Positions 19,706-28,832 of a DNA stretch of 64,000 bases are shown here, piece by piece; position 1 is the stretch's first letter, and each line of letters opens with the position of its first letter. The notes beneath the pieces were generated by a model. It was not told the origin of the DNA and searched no databases. It was given only the letters and a program-made list of their open reading frames with translations. Both the position numbers and the translations under genes were made by a program. Source of the stretch: an uncultured Gemmatimonadales bacterium. GTDB lineage: Bacteria > Gemmatimonadota > Gemmatimonadetes > Gemmatimonadales > Gemmatimonadaceae. The DNA is taken from positions 160,001-224,000 of the forward strand of contig CAWKMU010000004.1 of the NCBI GenBank assembly GCA_963850905.1. Direction: 5' to 3'.

Positions 19706-21133
19706 TCAGTCACTGAGCTCCAGATCATCGGGCGCGGCATCGACCCGGGTGTGCCCGGACGTGCCCGGTGCCGGTCGGTGATGCTCGATGGGCTGCACGT
19801 ATTGCGCGACCATGCCGGTCGTACCGCCGACCGCCAACTGCTTGAAGAGGAACTCGAACTTCGCGTCGTACGCGTCCGCCAATTGCTGCTTGACTTGGGG
19901 CGAGAGGTCCCAGAACGCGCGCTTGAACGGACCGAGCGCTTTCTTGCGCGTCTTGTAGATGAACTGCTCATCGGTGTCCGTTGGTTTGCGCTCATCCTTG
20001 GCGTTCACCCGAAGCCATTCATAGATCTCGTCGCGCAACTCGGCGGGAATGCCGTCGTACAACATGTTCTGGAAGTTCGTTGCGAGGTGGATCTCTGCCG
20101 TCTCCGTGCGCGGAAAGTGATTGAAGGCCGCATCGGGCAGCGTCGACGCGCCGTGCTGGACCGCGCCTGCCAATCCGTAATCGTGACGCGCCACGCGCGA
20201 CAGATCCTCGAGCGTGTGAAAGTCCAGCTTTACATCCGCAATTGATCCATCCGGCAGGACGACACCGCCATGCGACGTGCCGGACTGCACGCTGATCTTG
20301 GATAGGCCCGGCGTGTCAGGCGGCAGTCGCTTCGCGAGAACGGCGTTGAGCCCATCCATGTACGCCCGCAACTCGCCCACTGTGCTGTTCTGGGTGCCGA
20401 CCTCGCCGATCTCGCCACCAATGGAGATGGTCACACCTTTGGGCTGGATCGAGCGGACGAGCGCCGAGATCTCACCACCGACCTCGACGTTGAGCCGCTG
20501 CTGATCGGCCAGCGTTTGCCGATGCATGTCGACGAGGGTCGACGTGTCGACATCGATGTTGTAGAAGCCGGCGGCGACCGATTCACGCGCTAACTGGATC
20601 ACCGCGTCGACCTCGGGCCGCGGGTCGGCCGCGTACTTCTTGGCGTTGATTTGATAATGGTCGCCCTGGATGAACACCGGGCCGCGGAAGCCTTCGCGCA
20701 GCGCGGCCGCCAGGATCACCGCCACATACTCCGCCGGTCGCTGGTCGGTATATCCGATCTCCGATCGAGCGATCTCGCAAATGAACGCGCCGGCGTCCAA
20801 ACGTTTGGACGTCCGAAACACCGATCGCGCGGTGTCGTATGCCATGCCACGCACGTTGATCGCCGGCACCGTAAACCCGTGCACCAAGCCGCGCCCGCGC
20901 GCCATATACAGGCCGTTGATCGATGATGGCCGAACGCCGACCTGCTGGGCGACCTCCCAGATCAACCACCGCGCCGCCTCCCGGACCGGCCCATCGCCAA
21001 AGACCGCATCGCGCGCGAGCCGGTCCATGCGATCGGTTGCCAGCACGTCCGCTCGGCGCACGATCACGCGAGCCTGATCGACCGCAACGGCATCGCCAAA
21101 CGGGTGCACGTACGGAGCAGTGAGTGTCGGCAT
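19706..21133 (-). CDS. Class II fructose-bisphosphate aldolase family protein (long form)
   Basis: FTVPAINVRG, FIQGDHYQ, GGEIGEVG, SVQSGTSHGG, AVQHGASTLP metal-binding motifs. Confidence 0.88.
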   Translation of the reverse strand: MPTLTAPYVHPFGDAVAVDQARVIVRRADVLATDRMDRLARDAVFGDGPVREAARWLIWEVAQQVGVRPSSINGLYMARGRGLVHGFTVPAINVRGMAYDTARSVFRTSKRLDAGAFICEIARSEIGYTDQRPAEYVAVILAAALREGFRGPVFIQGDHYQINAKKYAADPRPEVDAVIQLARESVAAGFYNIDVDTSTLVDMHRQTLADQQRLNVEVGGEISALVRSIQPKGVTISIGGEIGEVGTQNSTVGELRAYMDGLNAVLAKRLPPDTPGLSKISVQSGTSHGGVVLPDGSIADVKLDFHTLEDLSRVARHDYGLAGAVQHGASTLPDAAFNHFPRTETAEIHLATNFQNMLYDGIPAELRDEIYEWLRVNAKDERKPTDTDEQFIYKTRKKALGPFKRAFWDLSPQVKQQLADAYDAKFEFLFKQLAVGGTTGMVAQYVQPIEHHRPAPGTSGHTRVDAAPDDLELSD

Positions 21134-21318
21134 GGTCACGCTGGTAGACGGTGAAACACCTAACCCCACGATCGATCGGCGCCGGTTCGGAAAGGCCGGT
21201 CTCCGAAACCCCGCCGCATAACGTAACTACCTATGCACAAACGATTTACGGTCTGAAGCCCGACGAGGCCCCCTAGAATTTATCGTCGTGGCGAGGGACC
21301 GACCAGCAGCAATTCTTC

Positions 21319-21334
21319 AGCAACTTGCTTGCCG
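21319..21334 (-). promoter_or_regulatory. Possible sigma-54 promoter upstream of the aldolase
   Basis: Minus strand CGGCAAG-CAAG-TTGCT with correct GG..GC spacing. Confidence 0.4.
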
Positions 21335-21362
21335 AGTTCGCTGGCCGCGCGATGGGGATCCG

Positions 21363-22142
21363 TCAATCCACGCGGACCGTCAAACCATCGAACGCCGGCA
21401 TGATGCCCCGTGGCAGCTCGGCCTCGAGGTCCGCGTGAAAGTTGTCATGCGTCAGGTGCGTCAAGTAGGTCCGCTCGACGTTCAATTCCTGAGCGGTCCG
21501 CACCGCTTCCGGTACACTCAGGTGCGTCGGGTGCTCGGTCCGAAACAGCGCGTTGAGCACGAGCACTTTCACCCCGGCGATAGCGGCGCGGACATCGGGC
21601 GGGACGGACTTCGCATCGGTGATATACGCGATCGGACCGATTCGATAGCCGAACACCTCCGAGCGCCCGTGCGGGACCGGGATGGGGAGCACGGTGGCAT
21701 CGCCGATGAGGGTACCTTCGTGCGGTCGCAGGACCAGGGCGCGCCCCTCGGGCTTCGACGTCCCCGGTAGGGGCCGCATGTTCTCATCGAAGACATATGG
21801 GAACTTGCGAGCCAGGGCCTCGAGGGTGCTGGCCGACCCGTACATGGGCAGCGGACCGTCGCGCCGCACGGAGACTGCCCGCACGTCATCGAGCCCGTGG
21901 GTGTGGTCGGCGTGATCGTGCGTGAAGAGCACCGCGTCCACCCGATCGATAGCGTTGGCAATCAGCTGCATACGCAACTCCGGCGGCGTGTCGATCAGAA
22001 ACCGGGTGCCGGTCTCCGTCTCGATGACAGCGCCGACCCGTGTGCGTTTGTCGCGGGGGTCGGACGAGCGGCACACCGCGCAGTGACAGCCGATCTGCGG
22101 CACACCAAAGCTCGTGCCGGTGCCGAGAAACGTCAGCTTCAG
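21363..22142 (-). CDS. MBL-fold metallo-hydrolase (PhnP-like); probable CTG start
   Basis: (M)KLTFLGTGTSFGVPQIGCHCAVC, LIDTPPELR, THDHADHTHGLDD, YITD, HPTHLS, THLTH. Confidence 0.92.
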   Translation of the reverse strand: MKLTFLGTGTSFGVPQIGCHCAVCRSSDPRDKRTRVGAVIETETGTRFLIDTPPELRMQLIANAIDRVDAVLFTHDHADHTHGLDDVRAVSVRRDGPLPMYGSASTLEALARKFPYVFDENMRPLPGTSKPEGRALVLRPHEGTLIGDATVLPIPVPHGRSEVFGYRIGPIAYITDAKSVPPDVRAAIAGVKVLVLNALFRTEHPTHLSVPEAVRTAQELNVERTYLTHLTHDNFHADLEAELPRGIMPAFDGLTVRVD

Positions 22143-23638
22143 ACGCGCTCCACTTTCAGGAGATTGGTGGTGCCCGGCACGTCGAACGGCACGCCGGCGG
22201 TCACCAACACGCGGTCGCCAGCGTGTGCGAGCCCACGCCCAAGAGCTGCCGCGCGCGCCAGCGGCACGGCCGCTTCGTAGCTGGACACGTGGTCGATCAG
22301 GTGCGGGATCACCCCCCACACGAGCGCGAGCTGGCGGTACGTCCGCGGCTCGTCAGTGAGCGCAAGAATTGGGACCGTGGGCCGATGCGAGGCCACGACT
22401 CGCGCGCTGAACCCGCTCTTGGTGATCACGATGACCAGTGGCGTCGCCAGCATGCGCGCCGCCGCGCACGTCGCCGCCGCGATGGCCTCCTCTGTCGGAA
22501 CCACGCGCTCACGGTCGGCGCGGCGTGTGCGTTGTTCCTCTCGCCCCGCGGGCCGTGCGTGCGCTTCGATCTCAGCCGTGATGCGCCGCATCGCCTCGAC
22601 CGCCAACCGAGGGAACGACCCCGCGGCCGTCTCCGCCGACAGCATGACGGCATCCGTTCCGTCGAGAATGGCGTTCGCCACGTCGCTGGCCTCCGCCCGC
22701 GTCGGCCGCGGATGCTCGATCATCGACTCGAGCATCTGCGTGGCGGTGATGACGGGGCGGCCCAGGAGATTCGCGAGTCGGATGATCCGCTTCTGCGCGA
22801 TCGGCACCTCCTCGAACGGCAGCTCCACGCCCAGATCGCCACGCGCCACCATGACACCATCGGCCGCCCGCACAATGCTGTCGATGTTGTGCAGCGCGGC
22901 ATCCTTCTCGATCTTCGCCACGATCAGGAGTCGCGGCGGCAGGATCGCCCGCAGCGCGCCAATGTCGTCTGCCCGCCGCACGAAACTCATCGCGAGGTAG
23001 TCGAGATCGTGCGCGACCGCAAAGGCCGCATCCTCTCGATCCTTCTCCGTGATCGACGGCGCGGTGACCTGCACTCCCGGCAGATTGATGCCCTTGTGGC
23101 TCGTGAGCTCGCCGCCATGCACGACGCGGACGACGACGCGCGGTGGCACGGCATCCATCACGAACAGCTCGAGCAGTCCGTCATTGATGAGCAGGCGATC
23201 GCCGGTGTGCACATCGTTCGCCAAGGCGTCGTACGTGATGGGGATCTCGCCGGCGCTCGCCCGATGCTCGGGCACCAACACAGCCTCGTCCCCAGGCACG
23301 AGCACAAGCGGCGCCGCGAGATCGCCAATGCGAATACGCGGGCCCTGCAGATCACCAAGGATCGCCACTGGCTGCCCGCGCGCCGCAGCCGCACGTCGCA
23401 CCCGAGCGATCGTGTCGGCGTGCTCCGCGTGGGTGCCATGCGAGAAGTTGATGCGCGCCACGTTCATGCCGGCGTCGATCAGGTCGCCAATGCTGCTGTC
23501 TGTGGCTGTTGCTGGACCCAGGGTGCAGACGATCTTGGCTCGCGGCCGCGCCAGGCCGGCCGCACCCACCGGTCGATGTGAGGCGTGCGGCGTGACGGTT
23601 GGCGTCAGGATGGGCGTCAATGTGCTGGGTGTGGCCAC
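22139..23638 (-). CDS. pyk: Pyruvate kinase
   Basis: KIVCTLGPA, ARINFSHG, DLQGPRIR, AKIEK, MVARGDLGVE, TATQMLESM, PTRAEASDV, MLSAETA. Confidence 0.97.
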   Translation of the reverse strand: MATPSTLTPILTPTVTPHASHRPVGAAGLARPRAKIVCTLGPATATDSSIGDLIDAGMNVARINFSHGTHAEHADTIARVRRAAAARGQPVAILGDLQGPRIRIGDLAAPLVLVPGDEAVLVPEHRASAGEIPITYDALANDVHTGDRLLINDGLLELFVMDAVPPRVVVRVVHGGELTSHKGINLPGVQVTAPSITEKDREDAAFAVAHDLDYLAMSFVRRADDIGALRAILPPRLLIVAKIEKDAALHNIDSIVRAADGVMVARGDLGVELPFEEVPIAQKRIIRLANLLGRPVITATQMLESMIEHPRPTRAEASDVANAILDGTDAVMLSAETAAGSFPRLAVEAMRRITAEIEAHARPAGREEQRTRRADRERVVPTEEAIAAATCAAARMLATPLVIVITKSGFSARVVASHRPTVPILALTDEPRTYRQLALVWGVIPHLIDHVSSYEAAVPLARAAALGRGLAHAGDRVLVTAGVPFDVPGTTNLLKVERV

Positions 23639-24003
23639 GGCGGTCTGCGAGCGAGGCGGTCGAACGGGGCTGGCGACCGGCGAAGGTTAACTCCCGTCCT
23701 CAGAGGGTCCAAGCGCGTCGCCACGAGCGGGCCGCCAGTGCGTGCGCAGCGAGACTCGAGCGGGCGGACTGCGCCTGGGGCCACTCGAAGAGGCCCCTCC
23801 ATCACGCCCGAGGGCACCCTCGTCACGAGGTGACAAAGCGGCAGGCGTCGTCCTGTTAAGATCTGCAGCCCTGCTTAACGCCCCCAACAATACGTCGTCA
23901 TCCCTCCGATCACTGCGGCAGTGTTGCCGCACCGCGGGCGCAGCCGGATCGGCCCGGACGTGTGAGAACCAGTCGCGGCCCTGCCGCACTCAGGAGGTGT
24001 CCC

Positions 24004-24924
24004 ATGGAGTACCGTAGCACGTTGACAGCCATAGGTGCCTTGGCGGCATTGGCCGCGCTGTCCGCCTGTTCGTCGGCAGGAACGGCGATCGGGCCCAATA
24101 ACAGCGGTTTGCAAAATCAGATCGCCAACGACGTCGCGGCGAGCACCGGTCAGGCCGTGGTGTCCGATATCGACGAGACCGGGAATGACGGTGGCGATGA
24201 CGAAGGCACCTCGGCCGTCGTCATGACGCCCCGTGGGTTCATGATGCCGCACGCCGCCTCGGTGTCGTTCGGGATGGGCAGCAGCAACTGCACCCAGACC
24301 GGCCTGCCGGACCTGCGTTACTACTGCACGCCCGACACCCTCACGATCTCGACGTCCGCGCCGTCCCGCGCAGACACGCTGATCCGCTCGTGGAACTACG
24401 AGTTCTTCGCCGAGGACACGGCGCAGTCGAAGCCGGATAGCTATACCGATTCGATCAACTTCGGTGGTCCGAACGGCGTGCTGGTGTACGCAGCGATCCA
24501 CCGGGCACGCTGGGAGGGCAAGAGCCACCGGGTGCGCAACCACTCGGTCACTGACCACCCGTCGTTCGCGCAAGACTCGAAGCAGCAGAGCACGTGGAAC
24601 GGCAACACCGTTGCGAACGACACGGCCGCATACACGGGCACGGTCTGGTCAGTCGACTACACCGGCGTCGCGTATGACACCACGGCCGACGTGATTTATC
24701 AGCGGCCCCGCGGACAGAATCCCTTCCCGCTTTCCGGTCAGTACCACCGGTGGGCGACATGGGCCTTCACCGCGAATGGTCCGAGCACCGTGACCGGAAC
24801 GATCACACGCCATATCGTGGTGACGTTCAACGGGACTGACACGGCCCAGCTGCAAGTGATCGGGACGACGACCATGACCTGCGACGTCAACCTCGTCACC
24901 GGCGACGTATTCAACTGCCAATAG
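24004..24924 (+). CDS. Putative lipoprotein of unknown function
   Basis: AGGAGG RBS; signal MEYRSTLTAIGALAALAALSA-C (lipobox); Thr/Asn/Gly-rich beta-type mature region. Confidence 0.85.
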   Translation: MEYRSTLTAIGALAALAALSACSSAGTAIGPNNSGLQNQIANDVAASTGQAVVSDIDETGNDGGDDEGTSAVVMTPRGFMMPHAASVSFGMGSSNCTQTGLPDLRYYCTPDTLTISTSAPSRADTLIRSWNYEFFAEDTAQSKPDSYTDSINFGGPNGVLVYAAIHRARWEGKSHRVRNHSVTDHPSFAQDSKQQSTWNGNTVANDTAAYTGTVWSVDYTGVAYDTTADVIYQRPRGQNPFPLSGQYHRWATWAFTANGPSTVTGTITRHIVVTFNGTDTAQLQVIGTTTMTCDVNLVTGDVFNCQ

Positions 24925-25027
24925 GACGTTAGTCGCTGGGCGTTAGACGTTGGAAAAAACCTCGGGGTCAGCAGCGGTTCACTTTGCTGGCCCCGAGGTT
25001 TGTCGTCGAGCGTCTAGCGTTTAGCCC
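24922..25027. terminator. Heptamer-armed hairpin between convergent genes (putative bidirectional terminator)
   Basis: GACGTTA GTCGCTG GGCGTTA GACGTTG; AAACCTCGGGGTCAGCA..TGCTGGCCCCGAGGTTT; GCGTCTA GCGTTTA. Confidence 0.7.
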
Positions 25028-25028
25028 C

Positions 25029-26171
25029 TCACACCAACGCGTGCCGTTTCCGCTCCAAGCCGGCCAGGAGGGAATCATAGGACTTCTGAAAGCTGGCGAT
25101 CCCCTCGCGAAGGAGTTGGTCGGTCACGTCCGTCATTGACACACCAGCCGCCTCGATATCGGCGATCACGCGGTCGGCCTGCGGGAGGTCCGCGTCGACG
25201 GTGCGCGCCACGACGCCATGGTCACGGAACGCTTCGAGGGTCGCGGGTGGCAAGGTGTTGACGGTGTCGGGCCCGATCAGTTGCTCCACGTACATCACGT
25301 CGCGATACGTAGGATTCTTCGTGCTGGTGCTCGCCCAGAGCGGCCGCTGTACGTGGGCGCCCTTTTCCGCGAGCGGCGCCCACCGAGCACCCGCAAACCG
25401 CTGCAGGAACAGCTGGTAGGCATGCTTCGCGTTGGCAATCGCCGCGCGCCCGCGAAGACCCAGGATGCGGTCGCGGTCGGCGCCGCTGCGCTGCGCCGCG
25501 AGGGCATCGAGCCGCTTGTCGACTTCCGTATCCACGCGACTCACGAAGAAGCTCGCAACCGAGGCGATCCGATCGATCGGTTGCCCGGCACGGACACGGT
25601 CCTCGAGACCCGCAATGTACGCTTCGATCACCCGGGCGTGGGCCTCGACGGCGAAGAGCAAGGTGATATTCACGTTGATGCCCGCCGCCGTGAGCTCCCG
25701 AACGGCACGCGCCCCTTCGACGGTGCCCGGGACCTTGATCAGGACGTTGGGGCGCGCAACGGATGACCAGAGGCGCCGTGCCTCGTCGACCGTGCGCTTC
25801 GCGTCCCGGGCAACCCCGGGCGACACTTCGATCGATACATAGCCGTCTCCACTTCGCGTCGCATCGTACACCGGGCGGAACAAATCACACGCGTTCCGCA
25901 CGTCTTCCGTCGCGATCTCCTCGAAGAGCGCCGACGGCGTGGCCTCGGGATCGCTCCCGATCGCCGCGAGCTGGGCGTCGTATGCCGTTCCCTCAGCCAA
26001 CGCTTTTTCGAAAATCGTTGGATTGGAGGTCATGCCCGTGACCGCATCGTCACGGATTCGGTGTTGGAGGTCGCCATTGTGCAGCATGGTTCGGTCAATG
26101 AAGTCCAACCAAATGGATTGGCCAGCATCGTGAAGCCGCTGCAGCGGAGAGGAACTCTGAGGAGTTGGCAT
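25029..26171 (-). CDS. tal: Transaldolase
   Basis: QSIWLDFI, GMTSNPTIF, GYVSIEVSP, NVLIKVPGT, NVNITLLF, SFFVSRVD, RPLWASTSTKNP. Confidence 0.96.
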   Translation of the reverse strand: MPTPQSSSPLQRLHDAGQSIWLDFIDRTMLHNGDLQHRIRDDAVTGMTSNPTIFEKALAEGTAYDAQLAAIGSDPEATPSALFEEIATEDVRNACDLFRPVYDATRSGDGYVSIEVSPGVARDAKRTVDEARRLWSSVARPNVLIKVPGTVEGARAVRELTAAGINVNITLLFAVEAHARVIEAYIAGLEDRVRAGQPIDRIASVASFFVSRVDTEVDKRLDALAAQRSGADRDRILGLRGRAAIANAKHAYQLFLQRFAGARWAPLAEKGAHVQRPLWASTSTKNPTYRDVMYVEQLIGPDTVNTLPPATLEAFRDHGVVARTVDADLPQADRVIADIEAAGVSMTDVTDQLLREGIASFQKSYDSLLAGLERKRHALV

Positions 26172-26254
26172 GGATGGAAACTACACGTGAGGCGATCGCA
26201 AAGGCGACCTCGTGGGCGTCCGCGAGCCTGTAACGATCGGCCGCGTCGGCGCCC

Positions 26255-26443
26255 TTACTTCTCCGCCCGAATCGCACGCCCACGGGCCTCGGCAAGCGCA
26301 CGAGCGATCCCGCGATAAAACGCCGCGTCGTCACGGCGCGCTTCCTCTTCCAGCGCGACCGCGGTGCGCTCGAGGGCAAAGAGGATGTTCCCAAGATAGA
26401 GCTCAGCGACCTCGCCGACCGAATCCGGGCGTTCATCTGTCAC
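26255..26443 (-). CDS. Small hypothetical helical protein (62 aa)
   Basis: GTG start with GAGAGG upstream; TDERPDSVGEVAELYLGNILFALE...AAFYRGIARALAEARGR looks like a genuine protein; co-oriented with the operon. Confidence 0.7.
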   Translation of the reverse strand: MTDERPDSVGEVAELYLGNILFALERTAVALEEEARRDDAAFYRGIARALAEARGRAIRAEK

Positions 26444-26477
26444 GGCGATCCGCCTCTCACCGGCCGCGCACGACCCA

Positions 26478-27296
26478 TTACCGTCGCACAGGACGCGTCG
26501 GCGTGTTGCTGTCCAGGGTGGCCGGGCTCTCCCCAGTCGGCGTGTCCGCGCACGCGTCATCGGCCGACAGAACCTGTACGACGACAGCCGTGATGTTGTC
26601 GAGGCCGCCCCGTCCATTCGCCTCGTTGATCAACGCATCCACCAGGCGCCCTGGCGATGCGCGGGACGTCAGCAGGGTTTGCAGACGCGCGTCATCCACC
26701 ATCCCCGTCAGACCATCGCTGGCTACCAGAAATACGTCGCCAGCCTGCACGACGCCGTTGTAGGTGTCCGGCTCGACCTCCCGGCTGGCCCCGACGCAAC
26801 GGGTGATGACGTTGCTGTAGGGGTGAAACCTGGCCTGCTCCGGCGTGATGTACCCTGCGTCCACCTGCTCTTGGACGTAGGAGTGGTCCTTGGTCAGCTG
26901 CTCCAGGACCCCATTTCGCGCACGGTAGACGCGGGAGTCGCCCACCTGCCCGATCAGGTACCGCGACCCCAGGAGCAGCAGCACCGAGGCGGTCGTGCCC
27001 ATGCCTTGCTTGTCGAGCTCGGCCAACGTGCGCTCGAAAATCGCCCGATTGGCATCGCGCAGCGCGGTCTTGAGTGCGGCCTCCCCATCTGGCGCTGCGA
27101 CGTCCCGGAGCCGAGCTAGCTCACGCGTGACGATGCGAACGGCCATGTCGCTCGCGATCTCACCGGCCGCGTGTCCACCCATGCCATCAGCGACCATGAA
27201 CACGCCCCGAAAGGCGTTGGCATCGGCAAAGACACTGTCTTCGTTGCCGGAACGAATCATCCCCACATCGCTGCGGGAGGCGTAGGTCAGATGCAC
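26478..27296 (-). CDS. PP2C-type Ser/Thr phosphatase (Stp1/PrpC family)
   Basis: SDVGMIRSGNED, VADGMGGHAAGEIAS, GMGTT, VGDSRVY, ASDGLTGMV, GGLDNIT; GTG overlaps the FHA gene stop. Confidence 0.95.
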   Translation of the reverse strand: MHLTYASRSDVGMIRSGNEDSVFADANAFRGVFMVADGMGGHAAGEIASDMAVRIVTRELARLRDVAAPDGEAALKTALRDANRAIFERTLAELDKQGMGTTASVLLLLGSRYLIGQVGDSRVYRARNGVLEQLTKDHSYVQEQVDAGYITPEQARFHPYSNVITRCVGASREVEPDTYNGVVQAGDVFLVASDGLTGMVDDARLQTLLTSRASPGRLVDALINEANGRGGLDNITAVVVQVLSADDACADTPTGESPATLDSNTPTRPVRR

Positions 27297-28759
27297 TACC
27301 GCACCTTCGTGAAATAGAACGTCGCTACTGCGGCTACAGCCGCCGCTACCAGGAGGACCCAGCCCCACGGAGTTCGGGATTGCGATGAAGTGCCGCTCGG
27401 CCTTCCCTCCCCGGCGCGCGCAGCGATCGATGCGTCGCGACGGGCGGGTTGCGCAGCACCGCCACGCCCTTGCGCCGAAGCCGCCGCGCGCTCCCCTACC
27501 ACCGCCGCCGGGCGCGGAGCGGGCGGTGCACGCCGCGGGGGTTCGGGGAGCGCTGCGCCGGCCAGTTCGCGCGTCGCACCCCTCGGCCCAGTTGCGGGCT
27601 CGGTCACGACGGCCTCGAACGAGAGTTTGACGCCACCCAGCCGAATCTCGGCAGTCTGGCCCAATCGTTCCTCGGCCGCGATCCGTCGGCCGGCGACGTA
27701 CGTGCCGTTGGTCGATCCCACGTCAGTGACATACCACACGCCATCCCGGCGTTGGAGCTTCGCGTGCGAGTCGGAGATGCTCTCCTCAGGTACGATGACG
27801 TCGTTGTGCTCTCCGCGCCCGAGGTGGGCCAGGATCGATTTCACAGGATAGATCTCGCCTTTGAGGACGCCCGCACTCACGACCACGAGCGTCGCGATGG
27901 CGCCGCGCGGCGCGCGCGACGGAGCGGCCGCAGCCTCGGCCTCGCCCGGCTCACCGGCTGCCTCGGCTTCCTTAATAGGTGGCGGACTGACCGCCCGCTC
28001 GCCAGCGGCCGCGGGTCCCACAGGCGGAGACGACGGCGCCGGAGCGCTCTTGGCGGGCCCAACGGGAGCCGGCGGTGATGCAACAGCCTCAGGAGCCGCC
28101 GCGTCAGCATAGAACCGAAACTCCTCGGGGCCGATGCGAAGGATGTCGGCCCGTCCCAAGATCTGCATTCCCTCGACGCGTTCCCCGTTCACGAACAGGC
28201 CATTCGTGCTGTTGTCTGTCACGACATATCCCGCATCGCCCGCCACGATCTCGGCATGCCGCCGAGAGACTTCGGACGACGCAATCACGACGTCGCAGCT
28301 GGCATCACGACCAAACACCAACCCCGCACCGACGGTGTATTCGCGGCCATCGACCAGCGAGATCACCCGACCACCGGTGATGGCCGTCGCACGCGGGGGC
28401 ACCGCCACGCGAAGACGGGCCATGTCGGGCACGTTGGCCGCCGTGATGAACTGCGTGCTGCCCCCTTTCCGATCGTCTCCGTAATACAACTCGGTGCCGG
28501 CAACTTCGATCTTGTCGCCGTGCAGCAAAGGCGTCGGCTCAGCGCCCAGCAAGACGCCGTTGACGCGCACCATGGCGTCGGCGGTCGCGCGACGGACGGC
28601 GACGTGGTTGTCGCGTCCGACTTCGACGATCGCCAACAACGGCCCCGCCCCTGTCGTGGGCCCCGGGAGCCGGACCTCCACCTGGCCGCCGACACCAATG
28701 CGGGTCTCGCCGGGTCGGAGCTGTACCTGTTTATCGTTGATCTGGAGGTACGGCATCAC
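27296..28759 (-). CDS. Membrane-anchored protein with three FHA-type domains
   Basis: FHA2 FGRDASCD..VSRRHA..STNGLFVNG; FHA3 LGRGEHND..ISDSHA..STNGTYV; degenerate FHA1 IGVGGQ..VRVNG..LLHGDKI; C-terminal TM. Confidence 0.9.
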   Translation of the reverse strand: MMPYLQINDKQVQLRPGETRIGVGGQVEVRLPGPTTGAGPLLAIVEVGRDNHVAVRRATADAMVRVNGVLLGAEPTPLLHGDKIEVAGTELYYGDDRKGGSTQFITAANVPDMARLRVAVPPRATAITGGRVISLVDGREYTVGAGLVFGRDASCDVVIASSEVSRRHAEIVAGDAGYVVTDNSTNGLFVNGERVEGMQILGRADILRIGPEEFRFYADAAAPEAVASPPAPVGPAKSAPAPSSPPVGPAAAGERAVSPPPIKEAEAAGEPGEAEAAAAPSRAPRGAIATLVVVSAGVLKGEIYPVKSILAHLGRGEHNDVIVPEESISDSHAKLQRRDGVWYVTDVGSTNGTYVAGRRIAAEERLGQTAEIRLGGVKLSFEAVVTEPATGPRGATRELAGAALPEPPRRAPPAPRPAAVVGERAAASAQGRGGAAQPARRDASIAARAGEGRPSGTSSQSRTPWGWVLLVAAAVAAVATFYFTKVR

Positions 28760-28779
28760 GGGTTTCGGTTAAGACGGCA

Positions 28780-28808
28780 AAGGTACGAGTGACTGCCGGG
28801 GCTGGCAA
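28780..28808 (-). promoter_or_regulatory. Sigma-70-type promoter of the FHA-PP2C operon
   Basis: TTGCCA-N17-TACCTT on the minus strand. Confidence 0.55.
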
Positions 28809-28832
28809 GGAAGCGAGAGCGAGCTGTTTCGC

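Noticed and set aside
19683..19712. Sigma-54 promoter directly upstream of the DHp-NtrC ORF
   Set aside because: TTGCA is present on the minus strand but there is no GG at the -24 position
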